64,000 nt of DNA from a virus, in IMG/VR virus record IMGVR_UViG_3300044967_000005; one strand, given 5' to 3'. Of the stretch, positions 53,724 through 64,000 are shown in pieces. How positions within the stretch are numbered: the first letter of the stretch is position 1; each line of letters opens with the position of its first letter. The notes below the pieces were generated by a model, which saw only the letters and a program-made list of their open reading frames with translations, was not told the DNA's origin and made no database searches. A program made the position numbers and the translations under genes.

Positions 53724-55925
53724 TTAGGTCTGTTTAGGCTGATTATCTTTTGATTCATTAGCAAGTTCTTGGGATTGTAATTTCCCTTCGTTTGCAAGTT
53801 CTTGTGATTGTATTCTTCCTTCGTTGACAAGTGCTTGTAACTGCGCTTTTCCTTCATTCTCGATGGTTTGTTGAGCCTTTATTTGGTCGAGTTCTTGTTG
53901 TTGAGCCGCCTGCACTTGTGAAGCGATTCGCTCATTATGTTCCGCGATATGTTGCGCCATGATTTGTTCAATCATTTCCATACCAGGAGTTTTAATTAAG
54001 TCCTCGTATTCCGCACTCATGCGTAAACGATTGTGCATTTCAATGTGTAGGTTGTCGTCGTCATAATCATTAATGGCAATCATTTCACCTTGTTTAATCT
54101 TCATGTTTTCGCGTTTGGCTTTTTGCTCTTGGAGACGCGTCATTTCCATTAACGCTTCTTCCCAGTTTCCGTATTCGAGCATTTCAAAGATTTTTCGTCG
54201 TGAACTTTCCGATACTTGCGATACTTCTTCTTTCGCAAATAAGCCGGACTGCAACATATCGAATACCATTTGACGGCGTTGTGCAGGAGTTTCTGCAAGC
54301 GCGCTACTGTTCTCGATAATTACATCGTCAGACCTCAACATTGAAGCCGTCCAATCCATTACCTCTACATCTTTTTCGCGCCCTGCTACACGTAAAACTC
54401 TTGGTTCCTGCGCGAATTGTTTATATAGACGTAACCATTGTTGCCCCATTGTCTTGATACATTGTGCAAGGTTAGAAGCCGTGTTACTGATCCTCGTATT
54501 ATCCTGTTCGTTCGCAATAGATAGGGCTACCCCACTCTTTACTCCTGGGGGTGCTTGTGAATATCGTGATAATTCGGACACACCGGAAATCGCGGTAAAC
54601 TCACTTAACAGTGTGTGAACCTCTGATTCAAACTCCGAAGGTAGACCAGGCATTTGTACTGGCTCCGGTCGATGTCCTGCGGTTGGCCGATAACGAATAA
54701 CGTTACCAGGTTCATCATTTAACTCTGAATCCTCCGACAATGAGCCTTCCGGTTCGTACCATTGACCGATTACCACGCGGTTTAGATACTCTGCTTTTCG
54801 GTTACGAAGTGCATTGTAACGGCGTTGAAGTGGGATAAGTCTTTCTATGGTGGATTTTCCCCAAAAATTTCCGGGAATCTTGATCGACCTTGAAATGCTG
54901 AATGGGAAATCTCGTTCGTCATTGTTACCAATTTGATAAGGTAATGGTCCAACATGAAGCGTTTTGTTATGAGCTACCACGATAAATCGACCTTCTGCAT
55001 ACTTCTTAGAAGGACGCTCGTAATATTCTTTAACAATCGCGTGGTTTTGCATTTGCGACGATTTCCCTCGGAAACTTCCAGCGCTATATCCGATTCCCCC
55101 CAAGCCACTTTGCACTTGTTGTTGGGTCAAAACATCCACTTTTTCCGGTTCAATCTTCACACCCCATATTTCTTCAATATCTCGAATGTGATAAGCTCGC
55201 GCATGAATCAGACTGTTAAGCCCTTTAATACTGGAAGCATAGTTGTTATCCGGGAACATTTCATATGGCGAGACAACACACGCTTCAATATCCCCCTCAT
55301 GCGTATCTACATTTTCATAATCTGTTTCTAAGAGTTCTTGAACTTGCGGAGTATCACCATTTTTAAGTTGGGGTTCTTCCTTTGGACCTTGTTTTGGAAC
55401 CTGTTCAGTAAACACGATTTGCCCTTTGTCCTTATTCCACACACTTTTAATAAAAGCCGTACCTGTTAGTTCCGTCCAAGAGCAAAGATCATCCCAAATG
55501 ACGTCCATATTTTCTTCATGCCACTGGGCTTGAAGTAAACCGGAAGAAACTTTTGCTGCTCCTATGTCCGATTCGTCCTGGGAAGCCGGACGCACTTTCA
55601 AAATAGGGACAGTACGTGATAGTTGCGCTACCCTGGTTTCATGAATTGGGGCAATTTGATTAAAAACTTCTCGTTCTTGATGCCAATTGAGTTTCGGAAT
55701 CTCCTGTATGGACGATGAAGCTGTTTCAATATCCAAATACTGATTCCCGTTTATGAACTCCGTGTTCAATCGCCACTGTAGTTCAAAAGGGAGCCTTGCT
55801 TCTCGTCGCTGTTGGTATTCATCTTCCACGAATTTCGCTATCTCATCATCGAACGGGACTTTTTGTTGAGGGTCCTGTTGTCTAAATTGAGACATCATCG
55901 CTTCTTTGAATTTGCCTAAAACCAT
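53724..55925 (-). CDS. Portal protein (podovirus/P22-like, long C-terminal helix)
   Basis: 733 aa; FNQIAP, VSPYEMFPD, FWGKS, LIPLQRRYN, SGVA; Q-rich C-terminus. Confidence 0.88.
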   Translation of the reverse strand: MVLGKFKEAMMSQFRQQDPQQKVPFDDEIAKFVEDEYQQRREARLPFELQWRLNTEFINGNQYLDIETASSSIQEIPKLNWHQEREVFNQIAPIHETRVAQLSRTVPILKVRPASQDESDIGAAKVSSGLLQAQWHEENMDVIWDDLCSWTELTGTAFIKSVWNKDKGQIVFTEQVPKQGPKEEPQLKNGDTPQVQELLETDYENVDTHEGDIEACVVSPYEMFPDNNYASSIKGLNSLIHARAYHIRDIEEIWGVKIEPEKVDVLTQQQVQSGLGGIGYSAGSFRGKSSQMQNHAIVKEYYERPSKKYAEGRFIVVAHNKTLHVGPLPYQIGNNDERDFPFSISRSIKIPGNFWGKSTIERLIPLQRRYNALRNRKAEYLNRVVIGQWYEPEGSLSEDSELNDEPGNVIRYRPTAGHRPEPVQMPGLPSEFESEVHTLLSEFTAISGVSELSRYSQAPPGVKSGVALSIANEQDNTRISNTASNLAQCIKTMGQQWLRLYKQFAQEPRVLRVAGREKDVEVMDWTASMLRSDDVIIENSSALAETPAQRRQMVFDMLQSGLFAKEEVSQVSESSRRKIFEMLEYGNWEEALMEMTRLQEQKAKRENMKIKQGEMIAINDYDDDNLHIEMHNRLRMSAEYEDLIKTPGMEMIEQIMAQHIAEHNERIASQVQAAQQQELDQIKAQQTIENEGKAQLQALVNEGRIQSQELANEGKLQSQELANESKDNQPKQT

Positions 55926-55937
55926 TCATAACACCCC

Positions 55938-56168
55938 CTACTCGGCTTTATCTGTTCCGTACATCGCACGGTAAGCATGGGACATACTTTTTTTGAAGTA
56001 ATTTTCCCTAAGTGGTAGCTTGGTTTTAGATTGATTGACTGTTAGGTACTCGCCTAAGTCGTGAGACATCAACCTGTTATATAAATCTTGTCGTTCTTTA
56101 CTGTGCATAATTGATTGGGCAAGGAACAATATGCCCCATACCGCCGAGACAATCGCGTAACCAATCAT
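55938..56168 (-). CDS. Small membrane protein
   Basis: N-terminal TM helix followed by ERQDLYNRLMS. Confidence 0.7.
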   Translation of the reverse strand: MIGYAIVSAVWGILFLAQSIMHSKERQDLYNRLMSHDLGEYLTVNQSKTKLPLRENYFKKSMSHAYRAMYGTDKAE

Positions 56169-56533
56169 TTAATGGCAGCTCGCACAAATTCTTTTCGTTC
56201 TGACAACTTACCGCCTTCTTCTTCTCGACTAGGTACGCCCTCAACTTTGAACTCCTCAATCAGTTCATCAAGTTGTGCATGAGTTTTAATGCCTTCCAGC
56301 ACTTCATCTACTTCATATTCCACCGCGTCAGTAGATACCACATTGGTACTAACTGAAAACAGTTCCTTCACAGATTCCACTAGCGATTCCGTACATTCCT
56401 GACATAGCAAATGACTTGTGTTTAATGGTCCGTCCGGTCGTCCCACAAAATATTGCCCTGATTCTTCACAACCGAATGTGTCACAACGCGTTTCATAATC
56501 CGTTTTAAATAATTGGGTTTGATAGTCTTTCAT
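56165..56533 (-). CDS. Hypothetical Cys-containing protein
   Basis: CDTFGC...LCQEC; GAGGAGG RBS. Confidence 0.7.
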   Translation of the reverse strand: MKDYQTQLFKTDYETRCDTFGCEESGQYFVGRPDGPLNTSHLLCQECTESLVESVKELFSVSTNVVSTDAVEYEVDEVLEGIKTHAQLDELIEEFKVEGVPSREEEGGKLSERKEFVRAAIK

Positions 56534-56535
56534 TT

Positions 56536-56727
56536 TTATTCCTCCTCATGGTCTTTTAAACAGAAAATGTCTAGTATTTGCATGGTTTCCATGTCGATAT
56601 AAACGTCAATATCCATATCTTGTACGGAATACAACCCCACCACCGCAATGTCGTCATATCCAACTTCATCGCCGTTCCAATCAGAACTCCAGTTTAATTT
56701 TTGCGATGCTATCCACGGATTTAACAT
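56536..56727 (-). CDS. Small acidic protein (start MLNPWI)
   Basis: GGGGGG RBS; 3' part of track ORF 56536-56814. Confidence 0.55.
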   Translation of the reverse strand: MLNPWIASQKLNWSSDWNGDEVGYDDIAVVGLYSVQDMDIDVYIDMETMQILDIFCLKDHEEE

Positions 56728-56878
56728 GTTTTCCCCCCATAAACCACGTCGAGCGTGTTTTCTCTGCTTGTGCTTCTGCTTCTTCTTCCAAAAACATTCC
56801 ATAACACTTTTCACACATGTTACTTTTGCGGTATGTCTCTACAGGTTTATCGCAATCAATACAACGTTTTTCCAACAT
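56681..56878 (-). CDS. Small zinc-finger protein (start MLEKRC)
   Basis: CIDC...CEKC; AAGGGG RBS. Confidence 0.6.
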   Translation of the reverse strand: MLEKRCIDCDKPVETYRKSNMCEKCYGMFLEEEAEAQAEKTRSTWFMGGKHVKSVDSIAKIKLEF

Positions 56879-57100
56879 AAGCACACCCCTTGTCATGTCG
56901 TTTATTTTAAGTTTAGAGTATTTTAAAAAAAGGTGTTTTGTGGTACATTATTGGAGTGTGAAAAACCAGGCTACGGTAGTCTGCACAACTACCGTTTACA
57001 CATCTACCACAAAAGTTGAAATCCATTTTAGTCTATAAGATGCGTGACAACACAAAAAACACCGACCTTGTTTAAACAGGGGGTCGGTGTTTTTTGTTTT

Positions 57101-57307
57101 TTATTCAGGAATGATTTCGTTTAAGTTAAGGTCATATACTTTACCTGCTTCATAATTCGGAATATCTGCTTCCAAGATAGCTACCCGAAGCGTACCCCCC
57201 GCATCTACTTCCGGGTGTAAAATCGGGTCACTCAATATTTGAAAATAAAGTGCGCCCCACCCCTCATTTATTTGCACTTCCAGTAACGTCATGATTATCT
57301 TAGGCAT
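57101..57307 (-). CDS. Hypothetical protein
   Basis: GAGGGGG RBS; followed by terminator 57053-57095. Confidence 0.7.
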   Translation of the reverse strand: MPKIIMTLLEVQINEGWGALYFQILSDPILHPEVDAGGTLRVAILEADIPNYEAGKVYDLNLNEIIPE

Positions 57308-57328
57308 GTGCTTTCCCCCTCATTTATG

Positions 57329-59473
57329 TTATGGCGCAGAAAATCCTTGCGCGTTGACGTACACATTTGCGCCAGTAGTAATACACGCAAAATTCAAAGC
57401 TGCGCCAACACTTGTTTTTAACGGGATATTAAAGTTAATTTCATGTAGTGCTTGCATATTCGCAGGGGCAAAACCTCTCCAAATGACAGTAGCACCATCT
57501 TTAAGAACGACCTCCGTACCCACCGTTGCATGTGTGTTTTGCATTTGAACACTCGTTAGGTATTGACGGTTTCCGGCAAGTAACGCTTTTAATACAACAT
57601 CTGTTGTCGCAATTACCGCGCCTGCACCTGCATACGTCCATTCTAATTCCGGGATCGTATAAGGGCGCATAATCGGTACGCCCAACATTGTTGCAGGAGC
57701 GTCTACCGCGTCACCCGTTAAGGAAACAGGTGTAATTGCCGTTCTTGCTACGTTACCGAAGCGAAATGGTGAACCCGTAATCGGTGAATCGTGTGCCGTT
57801 TGCCCGTTGGAAAGAGTTGTTACCGCCGTTACTGTACCGGACGAAATCGTTGTACCTGCCGGAATAGTTACAGGTAATGCTTCTTGTTGGTCAGAAACGT
57901 TACCTACGGAACCATCAACTTCCACCGTATGACGCGTGTAATCAAGAGCGCGGAACAAGTGAAGTCGTAAATCTGAACGTTTGAACACCGTACCACCACA
58001 TAAGATGGTTCCGGTATCAACAAACGGAACTTGCACAATCAAGGTTGTTGTTGACGTGCTTAACACTTTGAAAGCGCCCTCGTATTGTGTGTATATCTCG
58101 CCAGTTGTATTATCCACTAGCCCTCGAAGTTCCACCGTTTCACCAGGCAATAAGCCAGCCCATGTACCCGAACCAATAACTGTCATTTGACCGCCAGTTA
58201 TATTAATGGATTGTACAGAAATCGCATTTGGCGCGATTAACTTCCCACCATTTACTTTAATGACCGTACCGCCCTTAGAAGAAACTGTTGCTGAAGAACC
58301 AATAACAATCGTTAAGGTAGTTGCGTTCACGACAGAAGCTACTGCGGTTGGTGTTGTCACGTTCGGGAAATTTGTTTGGTCACGAACGCCATACACTTGA
58401 ATGTAGTCTGTAACCGTTAATCCGTGAGGTACATCGGTCGTGATTGTTGCAGTAGTAGAACCGGATTTAGCAACATTGACGATTTTTGCTACAGGTTTTG
58501 TCATGGCACGATTATTACTCGCTTTAATGCGAATTTTATACCCATAATCTAAGTCCGGGATAACTTGACTACGTTTCAAAACACCGCCTTGTGCGGCGAT
58601 TGAATCCATTGGCATTGTACGCACAACTACACTTTCCGCTTTATAACGCATGTCATACATAAATGCAGGATTCCACGCGTCTGCAAAAGCCGCCGTAATT
58701 GCTTGAACCCCATTCGTATGATTTGTCCCTAATGTGGTGTCCACTGTGCTTGCTAACGAACTTCTGCCTGCGCGAGAAACGATTTTCGCCATGTTCGCGG
58801 AAACGCCTTCCCAAAAGACCGCAAGTGCGTTATTTGCACCTTTCAAGGGGTCTACTTTACGAGCAAAGCCACTCGAAGAAACAGTTGCGATTGTAACTGA
58901 TGGAAGCGCAGCCGATGGTGAAGCCGTTACTGTGAATGACGTTGTTGTTGGAGTTGTGGCTACTAACACTTCTCCGTAGTTTGCGCGTGAATCTGCTACA
59001 TCATAAATTTCAATGCGGTCATTTGGAACCATGTTATGTGGCTCGCTTGTTACGACGGTTAGAGTAGTTGTGGCTTGCGATACCGAAGTTAGAGCAATCG
59101 GTATCGCTCCTCCCATTTCAGCTTCAATGTTTCCTGCTTTGTCTACTCCTACTAATCCGAAGGAGAAATGCTGCCCTGCTAAACGTTGGGATAACGACAT
59201 ACCTAAAGCCATTCGCACAGGAGAAGTCACCGTGAATTTAGAAAGGAAAATCGTATCTGTATCGTCCTGATCCAAAGACTTACTCACTTTTAAGTACCCT
59301 GAACCTTGCGTATTTCCTGCTACCTCAATTGAATCGCCAGTGTCAATAATGACGTCCCACAACTTGCTGTCTATTGAGGTAAATGAATCTCGAACCTTTA
59401 TCATTTCATTTGATACATTTAAAGCGCCTTTATTCGCTAAAGGCTTTCCTTCAGCATCATGAAAAACCGCCAT
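57329..59473 (-). CDS. Beta-rich 714-aa putative virion fibre/decoration protein
   Basis: Repeated T.T.TT..PH.L...D.I....V modules; Thr/Val/Ala-rich; AAGGAG RBS. Confidence 0.6.
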   Translation of the reverse strand: MAVFHDAEGKPLANKGALNVSNEMIKVRDSFTSIDSKLWDVIIDTGDSIEVAGNTQGSGYLKVSKSLDQDDTDTIFLSKFTVTSPVRMALGMSLSQRLAGQHFSFGLVGVDKAGNIEAEMGGAIPIALTSVSQATTTLTVVTSEPHNMVPNDRIEIYDVADSRANYGEVLVATTPTTTSFTVTASPSAALPSVTIATVSSSGFARKVDPLKGANNALAVFWEGVSANMAKIVSRAGRSSLASTVDTTLGTNHTNGVQAITAAFADAWNPAFMYDMRYKAESVVVRTMPMDSIAAQGGVLKRSQVIPDLDYGYKIRIKASNNRAMTKPVAKIVNVAKSGSTTATITTDVPHGLTVTDYIQVYGVRDQTNFPNVTTPTAVASVVNATTLTIVIGSSATVSSKGGTVIKVNGGKLIAPNAISVQSINITGGQMTVIGSGTWAGLLPGETVELRGLVDNTTGEIYTQYEGAFKVLSTSTTTLIVQVPFVDTGTILCGGTVFKRSDLRLHLFRALDYTRHTVEVDGSVGNVSDQQEALPVTIPAGTTISSGTVTAVTTLSNGQTAHDSPITGSPFRFGNVARTAITPVSLTGDAVDAPATMLGVPIMRPYTIPELEWTYAGAGAVIATTDVVLKALLAGNRQYLTSVQMQNTHATVGTEVVLKDGATVIWRGFAPANMQALHEINFNIPLKTSVGAALNFACITTGANVYVNAQGFSAP

Positions 59474-59649
59474 TTAATCATCTCCTTTTTATTCCAATGT
59501 AGCACAGAACGAAAAAGCATATTTTTGATTGTTTTTTCAATATTCATAATGTAAGATTAAGTAGCTCAGCCAGCATGTTCATCTTGAATGATTGCTCCAA
59601 TCATTAGAAAAACCCCTACCTTTGCTTACACATCGGTAGGGGTTTTTTC

Positions 59650-60093
59650 TTATTCTGAAATTGTGTATTCTTTCATGTTAAAGGTAATGTCTTTACTGTC
59701 ACAATGACAGATTGGACATTGTAGGACACTCAACGTTGTCACCATTTCTTCAATGCTGACCGGGAAGTTTAACGGCACGTAGAAGGCATGTCCGTCACTA
59801 CAATCAAAACGGTGTACCTTCGTCACATTAACCCTCTTCTTAACTTCCTTTTTATCTTCCGGTTGTTTCGCAGGTAGTTGTTCTGCCGCGTCCTCTGCCA
59901 TCTTGAACATTTCATCATGAGACACTTCATACAGGTCTGCCAGTTTTTCTAACAGGCGTTTTGATGGTATTTTTGTCCCTTTTTCAAAAAGAGACATAGA
60001 TGGTTGGCTTATCCCTGCTACGGTTTGCACGTCCGTCATCGTCATTTCTAATTCTTTTCGTTTGTTCTTTAAATAATCCCCAAATGTACTCAT
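59650..60093 (-). CDS. XRE HTH protein with C-terminal zinc ribbon
   Basis: FGDYLKNKRKELEMT...GISQPSMSLFEKG; CSDGH...CPIC. Confidence 0.85.
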   Translation of the reverse strand: MSTFGDYLKNKRKELEMTMTDVQTVAGISQPSMSLFEKGTKIPSKRLLEKLADLYEVSHDEMFKMAEDAAEQLPAKQPEDKKEVKKRVNVTKVHRFDCSDGHAFYVPLNFPVSIEEMVTTLSVLQCPICHCDSKDITFNMKEYTISE

Positions 60094-60473
60094 TTTATTA
60101 GTTTGTCCCCAGTCTCATACAACGCTAAGGTCGCTATTTTTCTGATTTCTTGCCTGGAACCACTTGCTGCAATTTTACTGATCGTGTTTAACGTTTTTTC
60201 GTACTTTTGAATTTGTTTTTCTGCTACGGCCAGTTTTTTTAGTGTGTCATAGTTGGCGTCGCTTGCGTGTTCTTCCTTCATTTTAAGCAATTGGAGAAAC
60301 GATACGTCATAAAGGGGGGCTAATTTCTTTAAAATTCGCAAGGACGGATTACGTTTCCCCACTTCATACGCTGAAATCAAAGAAGGGTGACATTCTATCT
60401 TTTCCCCCACCTGATTTATGGTCAATCCATGCTGTTTGCGCGTTGTTCTTAGATATGTTCCAAACGTATTCAT
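60090..60473 (-). CDS. XRE HTH protein (its 5' end is repeated at window 1-89)
   Basis: FGTYLRTTRKQHGLTINQVG...ISAYEVGKRNPS. Confidence 0.85.
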   Translation of the reverse strand: MNTFGTYLRTTRKQHGLTINQVGEKIECHPSLISAYEVGKRNPSLRILKKLAPLYDVSFLQLLKMKEEHASDANYDTLKKLAVAEKQIQKYEKTLNTISKIAASGSRQEIRKIATLALYETGDKLIK

Positions 60474-63400
60474 ACCCATAACCACCTCGTCGCTATCATC
60501 AATGCAATATTTATCGCAATCGCAAGAGAGGATAGCAAGAATATGTGTCTGCGCCCTTGCTTATGATTGAATGGTGTTAATCCTGCAAGTTCAAATAGTT
60601 CATACCTTGTTGCGTTTTTCTGTTCATCTTCTATGGAATTTTTACAATAACGGTAGCAATTATACGCGTTAAACCATATGGCATACAGGCAGTACGCATA
60701 TAAAAAGCCGTTATCGTTCCACGATATAGTGGAGAATAAGCCTGTTATCGTATATGTAGCCGAAAAGAGTAAGTACACGCCCGTAATTAGCATGAACACA
60801 ATCATTCGGTTTTTATAATTAGTATGGTATTTACTCTCTTGGTTCATTTTGTTCCCTCTTAATCATGCGGTTAATCGCAAAGGCAGTAACCACGCGTTCA
60901 ATGGTGTATAGAGGTCTAGCAATTGCGTTTATCTCTTTGCTTTTATTGCCATCTTTCATACATTCCATCATAACCTCGTCTAAGAGCGCAAAAGCTTCCC
61001 CAATTTTAAGTTCCTGTTCACTCGTCCACTTCAACGGCAAGAATTTTCTAAGCAACTCGGCACGTTCTGTACGTTCAGTCATGATTTATGTCTCTTAAAT
61101 CGTAAAATTTCCCCAAAGTATTTGGATCGCGCATGTGATTTCCCCCACCACTAATTTTTTTACATTATACCACCGAAAAGGGAATATTAGTATGCTTTTC
61201 CGCCATGTTTATATTCCCTGTTTTTATTTTTCTCCATCTTGTCACGAATCGCTTGATCCAGGTCAATGCCAATCTCCCCACATAACGTGAATACGCGAAT
61301 ACAGATGTCTGCTAACTCTTCAATGAACCCCTCTGTATCTCCTTTTCGGTCAGCTTCCAGCGCTTCACTCACTTCACTGTGAATTAATGCGAGAACGGTT
61401 CCTGTTTCTCTAGGAGAATCGTAAAAGCCCTTTGATTTCGTGATTTCATACGCTTCTTTACAGTATTTATTGATACTTGACGATTGTTTTCGTATATCGT
61501 AAATGATTTCATCTGTTGTTTTAGCCATTTTTCTTCCACTCCTCCTCTATCTTTGCTCTTTCCTTATTCGCGTATTTTTGAATCTCACGTAAAATCTTTT
61601 CCCGTGTCTTGGGACCAATGCCCTCAATCTTCAAGAACATATCTTCCATGAGTTCCCACGTTTCTACCGCCCCTTGCACTTGCGCTCTCATTAACTTTTT
61701 CTGCATCCCCATTGTCTTTTCTCCTTCTGTCTACTTCTGCGAGGGTTCAATGTCCACCACAAGAATATCCTCTTCATACATAATGCCTGTACGGATTTCG
61801 CTATAGGTCACATGAAGAAATTCTGCAACCCCTAACCCGGTATCGTTCTTTTGAATGACGCCCACTAACCCTTTTGCATATCCTCTGTTTAAAATCGCGT
61901 ATTTACCAAGGTAATCATTTGTTAATTTCGTTTTCATTGATTACGCTCCTTAACCTTTTGAACGTACTACGACATTAAATATTGTGTTTTTCGCAAGTGT
62001 CAATTTCCCAATAATCGTATGGTCTGTAGTCATAATTACCAGTCACCCATCTCTCTAAAACAGTGTGACAGTCTATATTGTTTGGTCTGTTTACATCATC
62101 TTTAACGGTTACAACAATAGGGTCATTTCCTTCAATCTGAACAAAAAATGTTCTTTCCACAAAATCACTCCTTCGCTATATGAACTACTATGCGTTAGTT
62201 TTTTCTTAATCCGTTTGACATAGGTGTCCTATCGTTTATTCTTACTCACGGAGGTGAAAGTCATGGAAACCAAAGAAATCGCAAGGGAAATAACGGATAA
62301 GCTTAAAAGTTTGAAACCCAATGAAGTTGTCACACTAAGTCCCGAATCAGGGAAGTTCCTACTTGAAACAATACGTCAAATGAAGGAAAACAAGGAGATT
62401 TAATCTCCTTTTCTTCGCTATATATGTTCCACTACGTATGAACGAACTGTTTGGTTAATCCATCCACATGAATGGGTCAGAATCATCACGATAATAAGTT
62501 TGTGTAACCGTTTCTTTACAATGGTCACAATGAAAATTTGTTATTGCTCTGTCCTTCATGTCTATGTGCATACCATAGTTCCACAAATGTTGACCGCCCT
62601 CGGATTTACTGCATTTTTTAGTTGGCTTTGGTTCTGTTACCGTTGTTCCTTTTAAACTTTCGTCCATTTCGTCACTCCTTCGCTATATGTGTCATCTGTT
62701 CGTTGGACTGTGCGTTACTCTTCAACAAAATTAACAGTGACGCCATCTGTTTTAATGACATCATAACAACCTATTTCAGCTTCCATTTGATACTCTACAA
62801 TATTTTCAATTGGTGCTATCACTTTGTAATCATTTGTTGATTTTCTATCCTGGCTTGCTATGAAAGATAAACCCTTATTAAATAATTGGTATCCATGAAA
62901 GCCAGTATATAATGTGATTGTTTTCATCTGTTTCACTCCCTCACCTTTTGTGTCACATGAACATATTGTGCATTAAGAGTTAGTTGTTCTATCTACATTG
63001 AATCGCATAAAATCAACAACCTCAACACTTTCACCTTTACTCAATCCGCCCTTTGCACCATTCTTACCTTTTGTGTAAACAACGGAATAACCAATGTCGT
63101 CTTTTATTCCTAGCAACTTCAAAACCTGCTCATAAGAAATTGTTTTACTATCATTGAATAGCATATTACTTCCGTTTACCGTAACTAAGATTGTGCTTTC
63201 CATTTAAAATTCCTCCTTCGCTATTTATGTCAACGGTTTATAACACGCGTTTCATTGTTTTCTTCATCCGGTCTATCGCTTTATGTTTATGTCGTAAAAT
63301 AAATGGCTTCTCTTCTTCAATCGGTTTTGATTTCAACGGTCGGCTCATTAACCCATAGCGAAAGCTGTCTACCGCGTGATCTTCCGTTCCGTCAGACATA

Positions 63401-64000
63401 TCTTCCGTTTTTCTATCGTCATAAATCATCAAAGGAATGGTTCTTACCAGGTTTTTACACGTTTCAAATATCTGAACATGAGGTATACTATCTGAAGCGT
63501 CCGCAAGGTATTCTCTAACTCGGTTCCACCCCACCAACCGGGAAATGTCTGCTTTTTCTACATAGACGCCGTTATTCGAGAACGTTTCTGCAATGGATTC
63601 CCCTTCATTAAAGTCCGTTCCGCGCTTCTGCCACATGTCGTGTCCAGCTACGGTGTACTTTATTTCTTCCCCAAGAGATAAATCTTTCACCATCTTGGAC
63701 ACTTCTGTGCCAAGCGTTTGATTGATATATAACTCTCGATATACATAGGTCCTTCCATCTTCATCACTCGCATACCACAGTACGCACGTATGGTCTTTAA
63801 ACCCCCAGTCAATGCTTCTCCACTTTCTCCAATGGTCAGGAATCGTAAACGGCGCAATCACATGTTTCTCTTTTCTGAACTCGCTGAAAAATTGTCCGGC
63901 AAAAATTTCCCAGTCGCCATCTAAGAACGCTTTCCGTAAATCGTCGGGAAGGTTTTTTAATTTGTCTACATATCCTGGATCGGCTTCCATTAACGCGAGG
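60385..64000. repeat. Duplicate of positions 1-3616 (circular wrap-around); unit genome 60,384 bp
   Basis: GGGTGACATTCTATC starts at both 1 and 60385; every ORF in 86-3616 recurs with offset +60384 and identical translation. Confidence 0.97.

Noticed and set aside
26309..59270. Numerous + strand ORFs in the track (e.g. 38473-39039, 39499-39999, 49822-50169)
   Set aside because: Antisense shadows of long minus-strand genes, with no RBS or recognisable motifs.
60385..64000. 3.6-kb direct repeat as a biological terminal repeat or duplication
   Set aside because: It starts and ends mid-gene exactly at the window edges and appears identical; best explained by wrap-around of a 60,384-bp circle.
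1..64000. tRNA, rRNA or DNA polymerase genes
   Set aside because: None recognised by eye; tRNAscan-SE and HMM scans would be needed to exclude them formally.

Overview
The window holds one complete, apparently circular, 60,384-bp genome of a Bacillaceae-type tailed phage. Positions 60385-64000 repeat 1-3616, so the window wraps around the circle. Almost all genes lie on the minus strand. Modules: packaging (TerS, TerL); an accessory region of small genes built from repeated terminator/promoter/operator units; a serine resolvase; a phage sigma factor; a Rok-like protein; SPP1/lambda-type replication (initiator, helicase loader, DnaB, SSB); RecT/YqaJ recombination; a ParM/ParR-type partition locus; a likely repressor; lysis (holin, amidase); and podovirus-like structural genes with no tape measure protein. 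No integrase is recognisable, so a phage-plasmid lifestyle is likely. Highlights: (1) the major capsid gene is split by three group I introns, two of them near-identical paralogues and one carrying a LAGLIDADG endonuclease, and splicing restores a 386-aa ORF; (2) a ~4,800-aa DarB-like polyvalent protein (methyltransferase, SF2 helicase, zincin motif); (3) a CCC-TAA +1 frameshift that would fuse a Pro/Lys-rich protein to an M23 peptidase; (4) a six-copy AGAACA-N3-TGTTCT operator inside promoter spacers; (5) a cassette-like array of mini-genes with conserved junction motifs, including a stand-alone ubiquitin-like gene; (6) a convergent-promoter antisense RNA/attenuator module upstream of rep. 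All family calls come from motif recognition by eye; no database search was run.
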